Of a DNA stretch of 64,000 nucleotides, positions 28,501 to 37,103 are shown piece by piece. The position numbers and the translations under genes were made by a program. The notes under the pieces are model-generated. The model saw only the letters and a program-made list of their open reading frames with translations. It made no database searches and was not told where the DNA came from. The first letter of the stretch is position 1, and every line of letters begins with the position of its first letter. Source of the stretch: a virus; IMG/VR virus record IMGVR_UViG_3300021375_001810, one strand, 5' to 3'.

Positions 28501-31248
28501 GCATTAGATACACGTACTGCCAGTGGCGATACATTCTTAGACATTTATACACCAAACGAAAATTTAGCAATGAGCATATCAGGTGTTACTCCTGGCGCTA
28601 GTGAAGTTGACGAAAGTATAGTTGAAATTCCTACAGCAAGTGTTGACATTGGTGACATGGGTATAAGAGTAGAGCAAGTTACTTTACCGGCAACAGGCAA
28701 AAACGGTCATGCCAGTGTGTTCCAACAGAACGCATCTGGTAATACGCCAGCAAATAGTAAACCACATTTGGCTGTTGATTGGGTGTTTACAAACTTTATT
28801 CAAGACCCAGACGATCTAACAGCAACTGGTTCAGGTATTGCATTAGGTGCAGTTACACCATTAACAACTGCTGGTCAAACAGCAATTATTGCTAACGGTA
28901 AAAAAGCATTATTAGCAGATGCAACAGGAGTTGTACTAAGATCAGGAGACGTCGATGTACTAACAGCATTATCAGGAACAACCACAGTTAAAAATGCATT
29001 TACTGTTGAAGGTAATACAACACTTGGCAGTGGCGATGATACATTAAGTATTGGGTCAACTATCATTACTGATGTTGACTTGCAAAGAACTAATGCAGAC
29101 TCCGCAGGTTATACTTTAGACATTATTAAGAAAACAAGTAGTGTTGCAAACGCAGACGGTGTTGGTACTATTAACTTTAGAAGCAATGATAGTGCAGGAC
29201 CAATTGCTACTTTACATACATACGGTGCTATAAAATCAACAATAGCCGATATTGCAACTGCAAGTAAAGATGGTAAACTTGAATTACAAGTACAAAGAAA
29301 TAATACTCTTACTACAGCAATAGCAATTGACGATGAAGTTGATGTTACTGGCGTATTAAATGTTAGTGGCGCACTAAATGCAGCTAGTACATTGAATGCA
29401 AACTTAACTACTGACGCAACTAGCACATCTTCAGGATCATTGATTGTAGATGGTGGTGCAGGTATTGCTAAGAAACTATACGTCGGTGGCAACTTTGACA
29501 TAGGTGGTAAGTTTAATGTAACAGCATCTAGTGGTAATACAGATATTGACGGTACTCTTGTTGTCAACGATACAACTGATGCATCAAGTTCAACAACAGG
29601 GTCAGTAATAATTGACGGTGGTGTTGGCATTGCTAAGAAATTGTATGTTGGAAGTGATTTAGATGTTACAGGAAATGCTGTAATTGACGGTGACTTAACC
29701 GTTAGTGGAAACTTTGACTTAGGTGATGATGTTACTGCTGATACATTTACTATTGCAAGTACACTTGACACACCACATATTAAAATTAGAAATACACAAG
29801 AAAACAACGGTGTTAGTGATAATATAATTGAATTCTTCCATGACACAGCAACACCAGCTGATAACGACTACTTAGGTTCATTACACTTTAAGATGGACAA
29901 TTCGGCAATTGCCACTGACGGTGGTGTTAATTCTGAAATGGTTGTTAGAGCTGTTGATGTAACTGGAGGCAGTGAAAAATCTACGTTTGACTTCTTAACA
30001 GCTAGTGGAACTAATGCATCTGCATTAAAATTCCAAATTGGTACTGATGCAGTTATAACTCATGCAAGTATTTTGCCTGATGCAAATGAGTCAGTGGACC
30101 TTGGTGCTGCTGGTCAAACGTTTGGACAAGTACATGCATCAGCATTTGTTGGACCAGTAAATGGGGATATTACAGGTGATATTACAGGTGATGTAACTGG
30201 TGACTTAACTGGTAATGCTGACACAGCAACTAGTTTGAAGGACGGCTCAGCTAATGAAGTACCGTACCAAAGCGCCACAGGCACAACTAGTTATGTAGCA
30301 GCAAACACAACAGCAACACAAAAATTCTTAGCAATGACTAATAGTGCAGCTCCAGTATGGGACACACTTGATGCAAGTGCTGTTGACAGTGGTACATTTG
30401 CTGATGCTAGAATACCAAGTTTAAATGCAAGTAAAACTAATGCTGGTACATTTGATGCTGATAGAATACCAAATTTAAATGCAAGTAAAATTAATGCTGG
30501 TACGTTTGATAGTGCTAGATTACCTGACTTGGCAGTTAGCGACTTTGGTGGTGCAGCTGTTCAAACAGGCACTGAAGTTGCAGCTGATGGTACAAGTTTA
30601 ACTGACAACGATACTTCATTCTTAACAGCGGCCGCTATTAAAAACTTTGTTGAAGGTAAAGGATATGCTACAAGCTCAGGTGGAGTTTCAGATGCAACGA
30701 ACGCAGCTAATTTTGCTGTTAACACTGCAGGTACACCAACTACTGGTAGTTTTAATGTTGTATTAGTTGCTAGTAACACTGGTAATAATGCGGCAAGAGT
30801 AGACAGCGGAGGACTTAGTTTTAATGTTGGTAATCAAACACTTAATACTACAGCATCGTCAGCAAACTACGCTGACTTGGCAGAGAAATATGTAGGCGAC
30901 GAAGCATACGAACCAGGTACTGTTGTTGTATTTGGCGGTGATGAAGAAATTACTGCGTGTACAATAAAAGGTGATCGTAAAGTAGCAGGTGTTGTATCAA
31001 CTGATCCTGCATACTTAATGAACAATCAGTTAGAAGGCGATACTGTTATTCCATTAGCACTAACAGGGCGTGTTCCTTGTAAAGTAATTGGTACTGTTGC
31101 TAAAGGTGACATGCTTGTAACTAGTGCTGTTCCTGGATATGCTATTGTTGATAACGATCCTAAGATGGGTACTGTAATTGGTAAGGCTGTAGGAACAAAA
31201 GAAGATGACGGCAAAGGCACTGTAGAAGTTGTAGTTGGTCGCTTATAA
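19591..31248 (+). CDS. giant multi-domain tail/baseplate-associated fibre protein (3885 aa)
   Basis: N-terminal gp9/gp10-like GNDGTGDSIREAF.KVN.NF, beta-helix/pectin-lyase-like segments, fibre repeats, C-terminal ADLAEKY...GRVPCKV chaperone-like domain. Confidence 0.85.
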   Translation: MAQGKQDINIGVEGNDGTGDSIREAFRKVNDNFTQLYAVFGQGGSISFTEFSDTPTLTQLQENPSTFSRPTLPVVDVAAEGSKLEFRKLVSNSFLDASIDDTVTFSLTQGGYIVVTAAGGQLEEDEKPKINSTGGGINASGNIIAGMPTSLNDIESKLSVLNAAHDGAGYTTDSVAISKGFADTNYLKSTGGGTGAQIRVRTEDQIFTEDYSFTIDSFTAGVANITGRTVDGTLITVPAGHGLDSGANGLPFRYETTGTSATATPASSAVAQPLTDLNPVYVRVASATSLEFYENAEAAKNATANRKISFQAGTGSGTQSLVDAEYQPSILDGKFLANEAMPREAALRRQGDQMDGTLYLDKHPGDLANITTGLEDLQAATKFYVDNTSYASNVNLFVSLQGDDNQVNTPAGKEGRALSYAYRTLNAALQKAEEIIETSKLEPGPYMQTITINDTTPTHVLSGNTNTLGFKVPATYNGQQTANFKALMDNNKAFVQEEVIAWTNAQIAAANAAVSLDPNVPAEAELIKWKNFTYDEDICKRDVGLIYESLKLDVISGTNANKLSRQAGLRYYSNASGAIAIGPQKSQTLASIAKVEEITRQYVLTNSPWQGGVGNPGVYQTDVQQNVVAPGTPAPADAIARVGDLFDIIEGIINNGISGAPVLQEGSVYVIEVDNGGNGNVYQGQASNTDLIPGKVITGSKSGAVSRIVNYYRGDELGGAGNDQIELQLEEPIEFIARSDPGVATADDPTYEAGDVLEFGNKVSQQNITVFLETGIFYEDYPLRVPANVSIKGDEFRRTHIRPRNRVSQSRWANQYFHRDNYFDNMTLHNHSVEIEGEVEVTLSQAVTVNIGDKVTQTVATGTAIGFVQEKATNSNTIVVQYFDGYDPVTNNGVPPSETGNGYADVVQFDTVVNNNISINNSVQSGTYLTTAPTQYSRDTNFGYHYALDPRRPINTQANSVVNAGGYTNAVSILEKNRDAIVQEVLLFLDESSTNNLNNGGFGDYTQVELTLTGNVTFSRGDTVTQAGSGVTGKVKSDSTGNSVIIVGPDGIFDTSGELSVGGVSKGANSVPATVPAAVAFTYGPKCARDLGLIVDALAFDLEKGLVDQSLEAQGRYYAGAVEVGQEVITSAAILEIGNIAQALLGASATPVGTPSVPSSRQAASAWDIAVTTSQLAEAGTSTIVSGLLNIIVFAFNSEYNPPKHNKDMDVFLMNDATILRNMTVQGHGGFMCVLDPDGQILTKSPYIQTGSSFSQSINKQAFRGGMFVDGFVSNMPLEIVDNITSAGVNAPFEIFVRSRRDSKQVNSNGVGLGLFARRPQLPAPFYVNGVRYQVNAIRNYDPTNGTAELILDKNSNPDANDEGQGWIGGENYPIVLQTAGNRSMLGNDFTQVNDLGYGLLCTNNGISEMVSMFTYYCHAAYYANNGSEIRSLNGSNAYGNFGLVAAGGDPNEVAQTGSLAFNTSQTGKVYLNPSASANANALQTFIYAYDTDFAPLPEGEIDVTYNEEKEIASISAANPVVLNVEAHGFVEGQRVLVSDSNIPTTGGGANPGLDGIRYVGPNPSTGTLTLYTDASLTTTLNGSSYNAGSLGNNAAIQDAGGTATSSSRFEVVSVTDAQSADGVPGVNEVKLTLSGALTNVPYNTRVTITAGTGQTATAPLGRITRPIKDGVNNSTIYVTLPENRDQFSVGDTIYTDGTTTSRTIASIETNLDKAGRKTIIGVTKANPVVLETIGHNFIDEDAITIVDGSGITELNGTYYAKVSTTTGGTTNDKRYVELYSDSALTTPVNGTGWGGSYTARSGKVFLTEIGGNPLIGENGAVWKLSFSNSTNDESVSTGGLAKPLFAGESISIRARAKFILDNVQTVPIRPSTAVVFEEQPENTYRSINFDVTPISTFDNAGEATLPDGQNILTFDSNYDYIRQRVEYNNYKAQFKLVLASAITGAIAEGSVVRQGSASGTITKSEGIGTEDLYIKDWNGTDFTVGGGNIEHDAAGDGNFSSVGGLAGSGAVKLSYLTTNGFKESFGGTPGDRYIAIPALGTESTVRIQNADMIFAWKDRVHKVLAYHDGAGTSIGSIGTREAGEPNSHATGFAYLEIDRNPVSNKYYDPDETAPTTGIADTLNLGNESDNVNLAIGVPAGEGAEITVNISLCRATGHDFSNIGTGGFNTSNYPNIIFGQPASDKTAIVTSDPTVTKAQVWERNKGRVFFASTDEDGFFRVGKFFTVDQGTGTISFTAQINISGLDGLGFKDGEIISKFTSSFTQATAELKNVPTEVAVVDYINRRLGFDEFNVADPAPLTTVMSATNPQLTPVTVGGETTHTLNMTNGRITLLKRPVADTDAATKEYIDNRIFANDEFEDLRNVSFYQTDYNNQNGQSDLIVLTGKKKIYVKYVAGTMFSVNDVIYGEDTNSAGRIVDISDTFKFDNGENSTDTASGLDVQVITYTVLPLTMVNLDATGTVAVRGQLLRQPSTGAQGYVLHPQTVVGSGKTSATQIILREVTGSFNGTAIELVNNPGGSETVVATSALVTSTAAIADGVSGDPIDFQAETISNGSVSRNTTQGRDGLAVYPMVEVANASESKTGNPGDASRSDINITVTRSEDATSVNLQYQAESLLDADVNTNADIQQQKLLMQKAPVLQDSDDFEDFTTNGRRVSQANKGIAAFSADAFAEDQIFVFTGSISANVGDIITQGSSTGYIDKVINGTTLKVRTSDTFVTGGATTCFITPITTFNLPGSANAVQQTSSIKGTPVDSTRTITTIEKTGFVNVKDRGITFDKIQDIPEKTVIGRGDIGDPAYNTDGIPYAVSFDQIIDLGGAIQDKDFANSTITEVGGWVIQTEGLVSVANGATVSSGGVSATVQGAVTSENKIIVINATSTFPGTGTLAGVTADSHASAATIVSATQFSSSGEALVKMAEGVYGTTQITKAGEGNQLVRTLDSNDQNDLTFVSANTEGFINVKGLLVDSRRALDTRTASGDTFLDIYTPNENLAMSISGVTPGASEVDESIVEIPTASVDIGDMGIRVEQVTLPATGKNGHASVFQQNASGNTPANSKPHLAVDWVFTNFIQDPDDLTATGSGIALGAVTPLTTAGQTAIIANGKKALLADATGVVLRSGDVDVLTALSGTTTVKNAFTVEGNTTLGSGDDTLSIGSTIITDVDLQRTNADSAGYTLDIIKKTSSVANADGVGTINFRSNDSAGPIATLHTYGAIKSTIADIATASKDGKLELQVQRNNTLTTAIAIDDEVDVTGVLNVSGALNAASTLNANLTTDATSTSSGSLIVDGGAGIAKKLYVGGNFDIGGKFNVTASSGNTDIDGTLVVNDTTDASSSTTGSVIIDGGVGIAKKLYVGSDLDVTGNAVIDGDLTVSGNFDLGDDVTADTFTIASTLDTPHIKIRNTQENNGVSDNIIEFFHDTATPADNDYLGSLHFKMDNSAIATDGGVNSEMVVRAVDVTGGSEKSTFDFLTASGTNASALKFQIGTDAVITHASILPDANESVDLGAAGQTFGQVHASAFVGPVNGDITGDITGDVTGDLTGNADTATSLKDGSANEVPYQSATGTTSYVAANTTATQKFLAMTNSAAPVWDTLDASAVDSGTFADARIPSLNASKTNAGTFDADRIPNLNASKINAGTFDSARLPDLAVSDFGGAAVQTGTEVAADGTSLTDNDTSFLTAAAIKNFVEGKGYATSSGGVSDATNAANFAVNTAGTPTTGSFNVVLVASNTGNNAARVDSGGLSFNVGNQTLNTTASSANYADLAEKYVGDEAYEPGTVVVFGGDEEITACTIKGDRKVAGVVSTDPAYLMNNQLEGDTVIPLALTGRVPCKVIGTVAKGDMLVTSAVPGYAIVDNDPKMGTVIGKAVGTKEDDGKGTVEVVVGRL
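30391..30530 (+). repeat. 54-nt (18-aa) tandem repeat x2.6, GTF.A.RIP.LNASK.NA
   Basis: direct repeats at 30391, 30445 and 30499. Confidence 0.85.
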
Positions 31249-31276
31249 TAAATACATGTACACAGGAGTTAAATAG

Positions 31277-32011
31277 ATGGCATTAAAAACAATTAATTTA
31301 GGAAATGTTGCTAACGACGGAACAGGTGACGATTTAAGAGAAGCATTTGAAAAGGTTGTATTTAACTTTTCTGATTTAGATGCTAGAACTCCTGAAGCAA
31401 CTACTGTAACAAATTTAGGAACAGGAAGCGGACTTTACTTTGATACAAACGTAAACGATTTAAGATTTAAATCATTAATCGGCGGACAAAATGCAACACT
31501 AACATCAACAGATAATGAAATTACAATTGACGTTGATGCAGGTGTAACACAGTTTGTCGTTGCAGGAGACACCGGTAGTTTAACGGTAACTGAAAATACT
31601 ACAGTTACTATACAGGGCGGAACTTTAGTAACTACTACAAGAGACGGTAATAACATTAGAATTGATTCTAGTGCATTGGGTAGTCTTTCACAAGACCCAG
31701 CACCGCAACTAAGTGCTTCTTTAGACGCAAACGGACAAAGTATTGGCAACATACAAACGCTGACAGCAGTTAGTGTACTAGGTAATCTTACTGGTAATGT
31801 TACTGGTAATGTACACAACATTGATATTAGAGAGTTAGACTTTTATCGTCAACCTAGTAACAGTTGGGACTTTGGATCTATTGGTGATGTAGCAGTTACA
31901 AATATTTACGACTTTTTATTTAAAACAGTAAACGTAGACTTTGGTGGCATTGCTTCAGCAACTCCTAACATAACACTAGATGCTGGCTCAATTAATATAC
32001 CGGCATTCTAA
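31277..32011 (+). CDS. baseplate/tail structural protein (gp9/gp10-like N-terminus)
   Basis: INLGNVANDGTGDDLREAF; GNLTGNVTG fibre repeat. Confidence 0.75.
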   Translation: MALKTINLGNVANDGTGDDLREAFEKVVFNFSDLDARTPEATTVTNLGTGSGLYFDTNVNDLRFKSLIGGQNATLTSTDNEITIDVDAGVTQFVVAGDTGSLTVTENTTVTIQGGTLVTTTRDGNNIRIDSSALGSLSQDPAPQLSASLDANGQSIGNIQTLTAVSVLGNLTGNVTGNVHNIDIRELDFYRQPSNSWDFGSIGDVAVTNIYDFLFKTVNVDFGGIASATPNITLDAGSINIPAF

Positions 32012-32029
32012 ATAAAGGAATAACCTTGA

Positions 32030-34786
32030 ATGGCGAACATCTGGACAGTACAAAATAACCTAAGTTTAGGAACATATAACGAATCAGTATCATTAAGTGG
32101 TGCTAACGCAATTCAGTTAGCAGTTCCTGTTGGTACTACAATAGCACTGATTAGCGGAAACATTCCTCCAGGTTTAAGAATTGACGGTACAACTCTTAGA
32201 GGTACTCCGCTAGAAGTTGCAAGAGAAACAGAATTTAAATTTGTACTAAGAGCAACACTTAACAACGAAGTTGAAGATAGAACTTTTAAAATTACGATTG
32301 TAGGTGCTGATGCTCCTGTGTGGGTTACACCACAAGGCGAATTAGCACTTGGTAACAATGATGCATTATATGTTTTAGACTCAAGTCCAATAAACTATCA
32401 ATTGCAAGCCACTGATAAAGATTTAGCAGCTGGACAAAATTTAGAATACTTTATAGCATCGGGGGACGGACAATTACCACCGGGTATTACATTATCATCT
32501 ACAGGCTTAATTAGTGGAGTTGTTGATCCAGTATTAGCGTTAGACAAATTAGCAGCTCAAGGTTATTATGATGATAACGCATACGGAGCATATGCATTTG
32601 ACTTTGGTACAAGACCGGCAAACGGTTATGATAGTTATTTTTATGACGTAGACACATATGACCTAAGTGTACCAACAAAGTCACCTAAAAAACTTAATAG
32701 GAATTATCAATTTACTGTAAGTGTATCAGACGGTGATACCGTGGCTAAACGTAAATTTAGAATTTATGTAGTCGGTGATGATTTCTTAAGATCAGACAAC
32801 ACTATATTACAAATTGGTGATGCGACATTTAGTGCAGATAATACACACGTTAGAACTCCTATATGGCTAACACCAGGAAACCTTGGATACCGACGTGCAA
32901 ATAATTATGTTACTTTATTTTTAGACATTGTTGATAAAGAAACACTGTCAGGATTTGTTGGGTTTACATTAGAAGATGTAAACGACGACGGTACTCCTAG
33001 TGTTATTCCTCCAGGATTAGAACTTGATAGTGCTACAGGTGAATTAGCAGGTGTTGTTCCATATCAACCAGCGGTTACAAAAGAATACAAATTTACTGTA
33101 AATGCTGTTCGTTATGCAGCAACAGGAACAACTACATTTGAAAATGTAGATATTGTTATACACGATAATGCTGTAAAAGGTGACACAGTAATTAAAATTA
33201 AGAAAAACAATAGACTTCTTGATTTATTAGATCAAACTATCACTATTAAAGGACAAACGTATTTGATAACAGAAGTTAATAATGCTATATTAGCATTTGA
33301 TACTATTACTATCAATAGACCTTTAGAAACATACACAAGAGCAGGTCTTGTGTTTACAGAAGAACTTACTGATAGCACAACTAGTACACTCGAAGCAAAC
33401 AAAAAGAAAACATTTACAGTAACATTACTAGGCGAAGTTGATTCAACTATTACATGGTTATCAGGTAGTAATTTAGGTATTATTGGAGCAAACTATACAA
33501 GTGTATTTGCTGTTAAGGCTAAAACATCTGTACCAAATGCTGTTATAAGATATACATTGACTAGTGGTAGATTACCGCCCGGACTTACACTTGCACTTGA
33601 TGGTGAAATATTTGGTAAGGTAAGACAGTTTGGTGAAAACTATTATAGATCTTTTTGGAAATCAGGAAGGGTATATAACGCTGGAGATGTTGTAAATTAT
33701 AATGGAAACTTGTATCTTGGAAATAGTACACATACTTCAAGTGGATCTTTTAGCACTGATTTAATTACTAAATGGGAGCCTTACAAATTTGTTAAATCAG
33801 GATTACCAACTTTTGATTCTGGTGAATTAGTACTTGACGGAGACAGTACAACTGTTGATAAGTCTTATACATTTACAGTTAATGCAGAAGACCAATTTGG
33901 ATTTAGTGCAACAACAAAATCATTTACTATTAATGTTGACGATCCAAATGATTTTGTGTACAGTAATTTAATTGTACAACCAATGATGAAAGAAACACAA
34001 AAAGCACTCTTTAATAACTTTATTAGTGATCCTACTATCTTTACTCCGAGTGATATTTATAGACCAAGTGACATACAGTTTGGTATACAGAACCAAATTA
34101 AAATGTTAGTGTATGCAGGAATTGAAACTAAGTTTATACAAGACTATGTTGCAGCTGCTTCTAAAAACCATAAACGTAAGAAATTTAAATTTGGTAATAT
34201 AAACACGGCTATTGCAAAAATACCAGGAACAAATGATTCAGTATACGAGGTTGTATATGTAGATATAATTGACCCAGCAGATACTAACAAAGGTGTTGTT
34301 AGAGAAAGTATAAAAATTAAAACTAATAATGCACTTAAAATTAATCAATCAAATTTTGAAACACAGGATAACTCATCAGGAACAATAGATCAAAACAGTG
34401 ATAGATTTAGACCTAAAACTAATCCTATAGACATAAGCAGCGATGCTGTCAAAATTAGTGAAAATTTAGATAACAAACGATACATAAGTAACATAACGAA
34501 TATGAGAAACCAACTTGCTAAAGTCGGTGTTTCAGATGGGAACTTCTTGCCATTATGGATGAGAACCCCACAAGAGAACAGTATTGAAGAACTAGGATAT
34601 ATTACAGCAGTTCCGTTGTGTTATTGTAAGCCTGGTCAAAGTGCTGACATAATTATAAACATTAAAAACAGTGGATTCGACTTTAGTACATTAGAGTTTG
34701 AAGTTGATAGATATGTAATTGATTCAACTAAAGGTAATAGTGAGGAACAATACATCCTTTTCGCAAACTACGAGTTTAATATTTAA
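32030..34786 (+). CDS. structural protein with Ig-like (He_PIG) repeats, baseplate-associated
   Basis: repeated G.LPPG(L/I).L...G.I.G modules. Confidence 0.75.
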   Translation: MANIWTVQNNLSLGTYNESVSLSGANAIQLAVPVGTTIALISGNIPPGLRIDGTTLRGTPLEVARETEFKFVLRATLNNEVEDRTFKITIVGADAPVWVTPQGELALGNNDALYVLDSSPINYQLQATDKDLAAGQNLEYFIASGDGQLPPGITLSSTGLISGVVDPVLALDKLAAQGYYDDNAYGAYAFDFGTRPANGYDSYFYDVDTYDLSVPTKSPKKLNRNYQFTVSVSDGDTVAKRKFRIYVVGDDFLRSDNTILQIGDATFSADNTHVRTPIWLTPGNLGYRRANNYVTLFLDIVDKETLSGFVGFTLEDVNDDGTPSVIPPGLELDSATGELAGVVPYQPAVTKEYKFTVNAVRYAATGTTTFENVDIVIHDNAVKGDTVIKIKKNNRLLDLLDQTITIKGQTYLITEVNNAILAFDTITINRPLETYTRAGLVFTEELTDSTTSTLEANKKKTFTVTLLGEVDSTITWLSGSNLGIIGANYTSVFAVKAKTSVPNAVIRYTLTSGRLPPGLTLALDGEIFGKVRQFGENYYRSFWKSGRVYNAGDVVNYNGNLYLGNSTHTSSGSFSTDLITKWEPYKFVKSGLPTFDSGELVLDGDSTTVDKSYTFTVNAEDQFGFSATTKSFTINVDDPNDFVYSNLIVQPMMKETQKALFNNFISDPTIFTPSDIYRPSDIQFGIQNQIKMLVYAGIETKFIQDYVAAASKNHKRKKFKFGNINTAIAKIPGTNDSVYEVVYVDIIDPADTNKGVVRESIKIKTNNALKINQSNFETQDNSSGTIDQNSDRFRPKTNPIDISSDAVKISENLDNKRYISNITNMRNQLAKVGVSDGNFLPLWMRTPQENSIEELGYITAVPLCYCKPGQSADIIINIKNSGFDFSTLEFEVDRYVIDSTKGNSEEQYILFANYEFNI

Positions 34787-34818
34787 TAACGATAAATAGT
34801 TGTAGGAGAACATAAAAC

Positions 34819-35445
34819 ATGGCAAGTAATATAACCAACGCAAATATAGACGCTGACTTTCCAATAGCAGGTCAGGATAACGATAGCCAAGGCTTTCGTG
34901 ATAACTTTAGTGAAATTAAAACAGGCTTAGGTACAGCGGCTACAGAAATAACATCTTTGCAAACAACTACTGCAAAGTTAAATGCAAACAATACTTTTTA
35001 CGATAGTGAAAATGCTGTTCCAGTCGAATTAATTAATCCAAGATTAAGAGAAATTACTAAAACTTATCATCAAACAGGTTCTCAAGGTAGTGCTCAACAA
35101 GTATCACCGTTTGATGTTTCTTTTTCAGGTATTGAAGGCGGACATTATCATAAAATTACAGTTGGTGCAGTATCGCCAAGTGTTAGTGCAAACATGACAG
35201 TAAATGTTAGTGGTTGGCCAGCATCAGGTGAATATGCAGAGATGCGTTGTGAAATTTTTGCTCAATCAGGACATGCTATAACAGTTACTTGGGCAGCAGG
35301 CTTAGGTAGCGTTTTAAAAACTGACGGTAACGCAATATGGGATTCATTTGTTGTTAACAGTTCAGCTAATCCGCACATTGTTGATTTTTGGACAACAGAT
35401 GGCGGTAATACTGTATATGGCAGATATCTAGGACAATATTCTTAA
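34819..35445 (+). CDS. virion structural protein
   Basis: late promoter GATAAATA, AGGAG RBS; FP.AGQDNDSQGFRDNF motif. Confidence 0.7.
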   Translation: MASNITNANIDADFPIAGQDNDSQGFRDNFSEIKTGLGTAATEITSLQTTTAKLNANNTFYDSENAVPVELINPRLREITKTYHQTGSQGSAQQVSPFDVSFSGIEGGHYHKITVGAVSPSVSANMTVNVSGWPASGEYAEMRCEIFAQSGHAITVTWAAGLGSVLKTDGNAIWDSFVVNSSANPHIVDFWTTDGGNTVYGRYLGQYS

Positions 35446-35447
35446 GA

Positions 35448-35675
35448 ATGACACACCCTCTAACAAAAGTTGGAACATTAAAGGATAACGAGTTAGAAGA
35501 TAAAATTATTGATCTAAGTTCTCGTTATTGGAAAACAACTAATCCAGAAGTACAACAACAAATCATGCTAATTCTTGATGATTATAGACAAGAACTTAGT
35601 GCTCGTCGTGCAAAACAGCAAGTTAAAGAACAAAATGGCGAAAATGATCTTGACAATTTAATTAATATCAGTTAA
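35448..35675 (+). CDS. hypothetical protein
   Basis: ORF between structural gene and DnaE fragment. Confidence 0.65.
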   Translation: MTHPLTKVGTLKDNELEDKIIDLSSRYWKTTNPEVQQQIMLILDDYRQELSARRAKQQVKEQNGENDLDNLINIS

Positions 35676-35684
35676 ACTGTATAC

Positions 35685-36215
35685 ATGCTTATGAAAACTG
35701 ACGAACTCGGTATACCACGATTCTCTAACAAAGATTTAGTCGATATGATCTATACAGGTCATATGGATAAAGTTCATGTGGTTTTGTGCGATGCAAACGA
35801 CGATGTAGATAAGTTTAACAAGGCTATGGAAGAACAGGGTCTAGACAAACTACAAAAGTATATTCCACTAGATGTAGATCAAAAGACTTTTGACGGTGTA
35901 TGTCAAGGTGAATGGTTTATGCCTGATGAATACAAAGACATTAATGTATATGAATATGTGCTGGGCAAAGCAGAAACACCTTGTCCGCAACACATACAAG
36001 ACCGTATATGGGAAGAATTAGATGCTTTTAAAGAACGTGATATGCACAACTTATTACGTTATATGATCTATCTAGTAGACTTTATGCGTGAGAATGATAT
36101 TGTATGGGGTGTAGGTAGAGGTAGTTCAGTAGCAAGTTATGTGTTATACTTAATAGGTGTACACAAAATTAATTCAATTCAGTTTGACCTGGATTGGCGC
36201 GAGTTCCTTAGATAA
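35685..36215 (+). CDS. stand-alone DNA polymerase III alpha (DnaE) palm fragment
   Basis: GVGRGSSVASYVLYLIG matches the DnaE GRGS motif; ends before the catalytic PDxDxD. Confidence 0.8.
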   Translation: MLMKTDELGIPRFSNKDLVDMIYTGHMDKVHVVLCDANDDVDKFNKAMEEQGLDKLQKYIPLDVDQKTFDGVCQGEWFMPDEYKDINVYEYVLGKAETPCPQHIQDRIWEELDAFKERDMHNLLRYMIYLVDFMRENDIVWGVGRGSSVASYVLYLIGVHKINSIQFDLDWREFLR

Positions 36216-36240
36216 ATACGTATATAATAGGAGAATTATA

Positions 36241-36654
36241 ATGGCAATGAATAAAAACGCAAACAAAGTTTACAAGACTATGAAGGGTAAAACCGTAGAC
36301 TTAGAACTTTTAAGACAAAAAAATGAAATGACTCCAGCTGTCGGTAATGCTAGAGTTAATGCACGTGGCGACGAATTAGGCCCAGGTGGCAAAATTATAC
36401 GTAAAAAAGAAGATGTACTTAGAGATTACTATGCAGATAATCCAGCAACTGTACCTGACGAAAGTGTAGGAAAAATTGTTGCAGATGAACCTGCGGCAGT
36501 AGAAGAATCAACATCTAAGCCTAAAACAACTAGAGCTCAAAAGAAAGCAGCATCTAAAGAAGTAGTAAATGAACCTACCGAAGCTGAACTTGCTGAGTTT
36601 GATGACGAATGGGTAGAAGATGAAGATGGCAATTTTGTTAAAAAAGGTGACTAA
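36241..36654 (+). CDS. conserved hypothetical late protein
   Basis: GATAAATA promoter, AGGAG RBS, AVGNARVNARGDELGPGG motif. Confidence 0.7.
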   Translation: MAMNKNANKVYKTMKGKTVDLELLRQKNEMTPAVGNARVNARGDELGPGGKIIRKKEDVLRDYYADNPATVPDESVGKIVADEPAAVEESTSKPKTTRAQKKAASKEVVNEPTEAELAEFDDEWVEDEDGNFVKKGD

Positions 36655-37100
36655 TGTCTGAATATATTGATTATGACCGATTAACACAAGGTCAAAAAGG
36701 TGTCAAAATGACACACAAGGGGAAGCCTAGAGCAATAGGTAATCGTGTACTTGTTACCGGTATGGACTTTGGTGAACAAAAAACTGAAGGCGGAATTATT
36801 ATTGCAAGTGACGATGGAAAAACTAGAGGCATCTATCCTCGCTGGGGCCAAGTATATTCAAAAGGCCCAAAGAACAAAGATGTCTATAATGTAGGACAAT
36901 GGGTTCTAGTCGAACACGGTCGATGGACTAGAAGTTTTGAATGCGACACTGGCGAAGAAGTTTTAGTACTTAGAATGGTTGAAGCAGAAAGTGTGCTAGG
37001 CTATGCAGATGAAAAACCAAATGACTTACGTCTAGGTGAAGAATACAGTGACGGTCCAGACACCGTTGACCCACAATCGTTTATACCAGAAAAGGACTAG
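36654..37100 (+). CDS. divergent GroES-like co-chaperonin (gp31-like role inferred)
   Basis: RAIGNRVLV....EQKTEGGIII, V.VG.WVL. Confidence 0.75.
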   Translation: MSEYIDYDRLTQGQKGVKMTHKGKPRAIGNRVLVTGMDFGEQKTEGGIIIASDDGKTRGIYPRWGQVYSKGPKNKDVYNVGQWVLVEHGRWTRSFECDTGEEVLVLRMVEAESVLGYADEKPNDLRLGEEYSDGPDTVDPQSFIPEKD

Positions 37101-37103
37101 TAA

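Noticed and set aside
19923-31821. Many antisense ORFs inside the structural genes
   Set aside because: Shadow frames of codon-biased sense genes; no RBS or recognisable domains.
36200-36260. Programmed frameshift or readthrough extending the DnaE fragment
   Set aside because: No downstream frame encodes PDxDxD; a promoter, an RBS and an unrelated gene follow.
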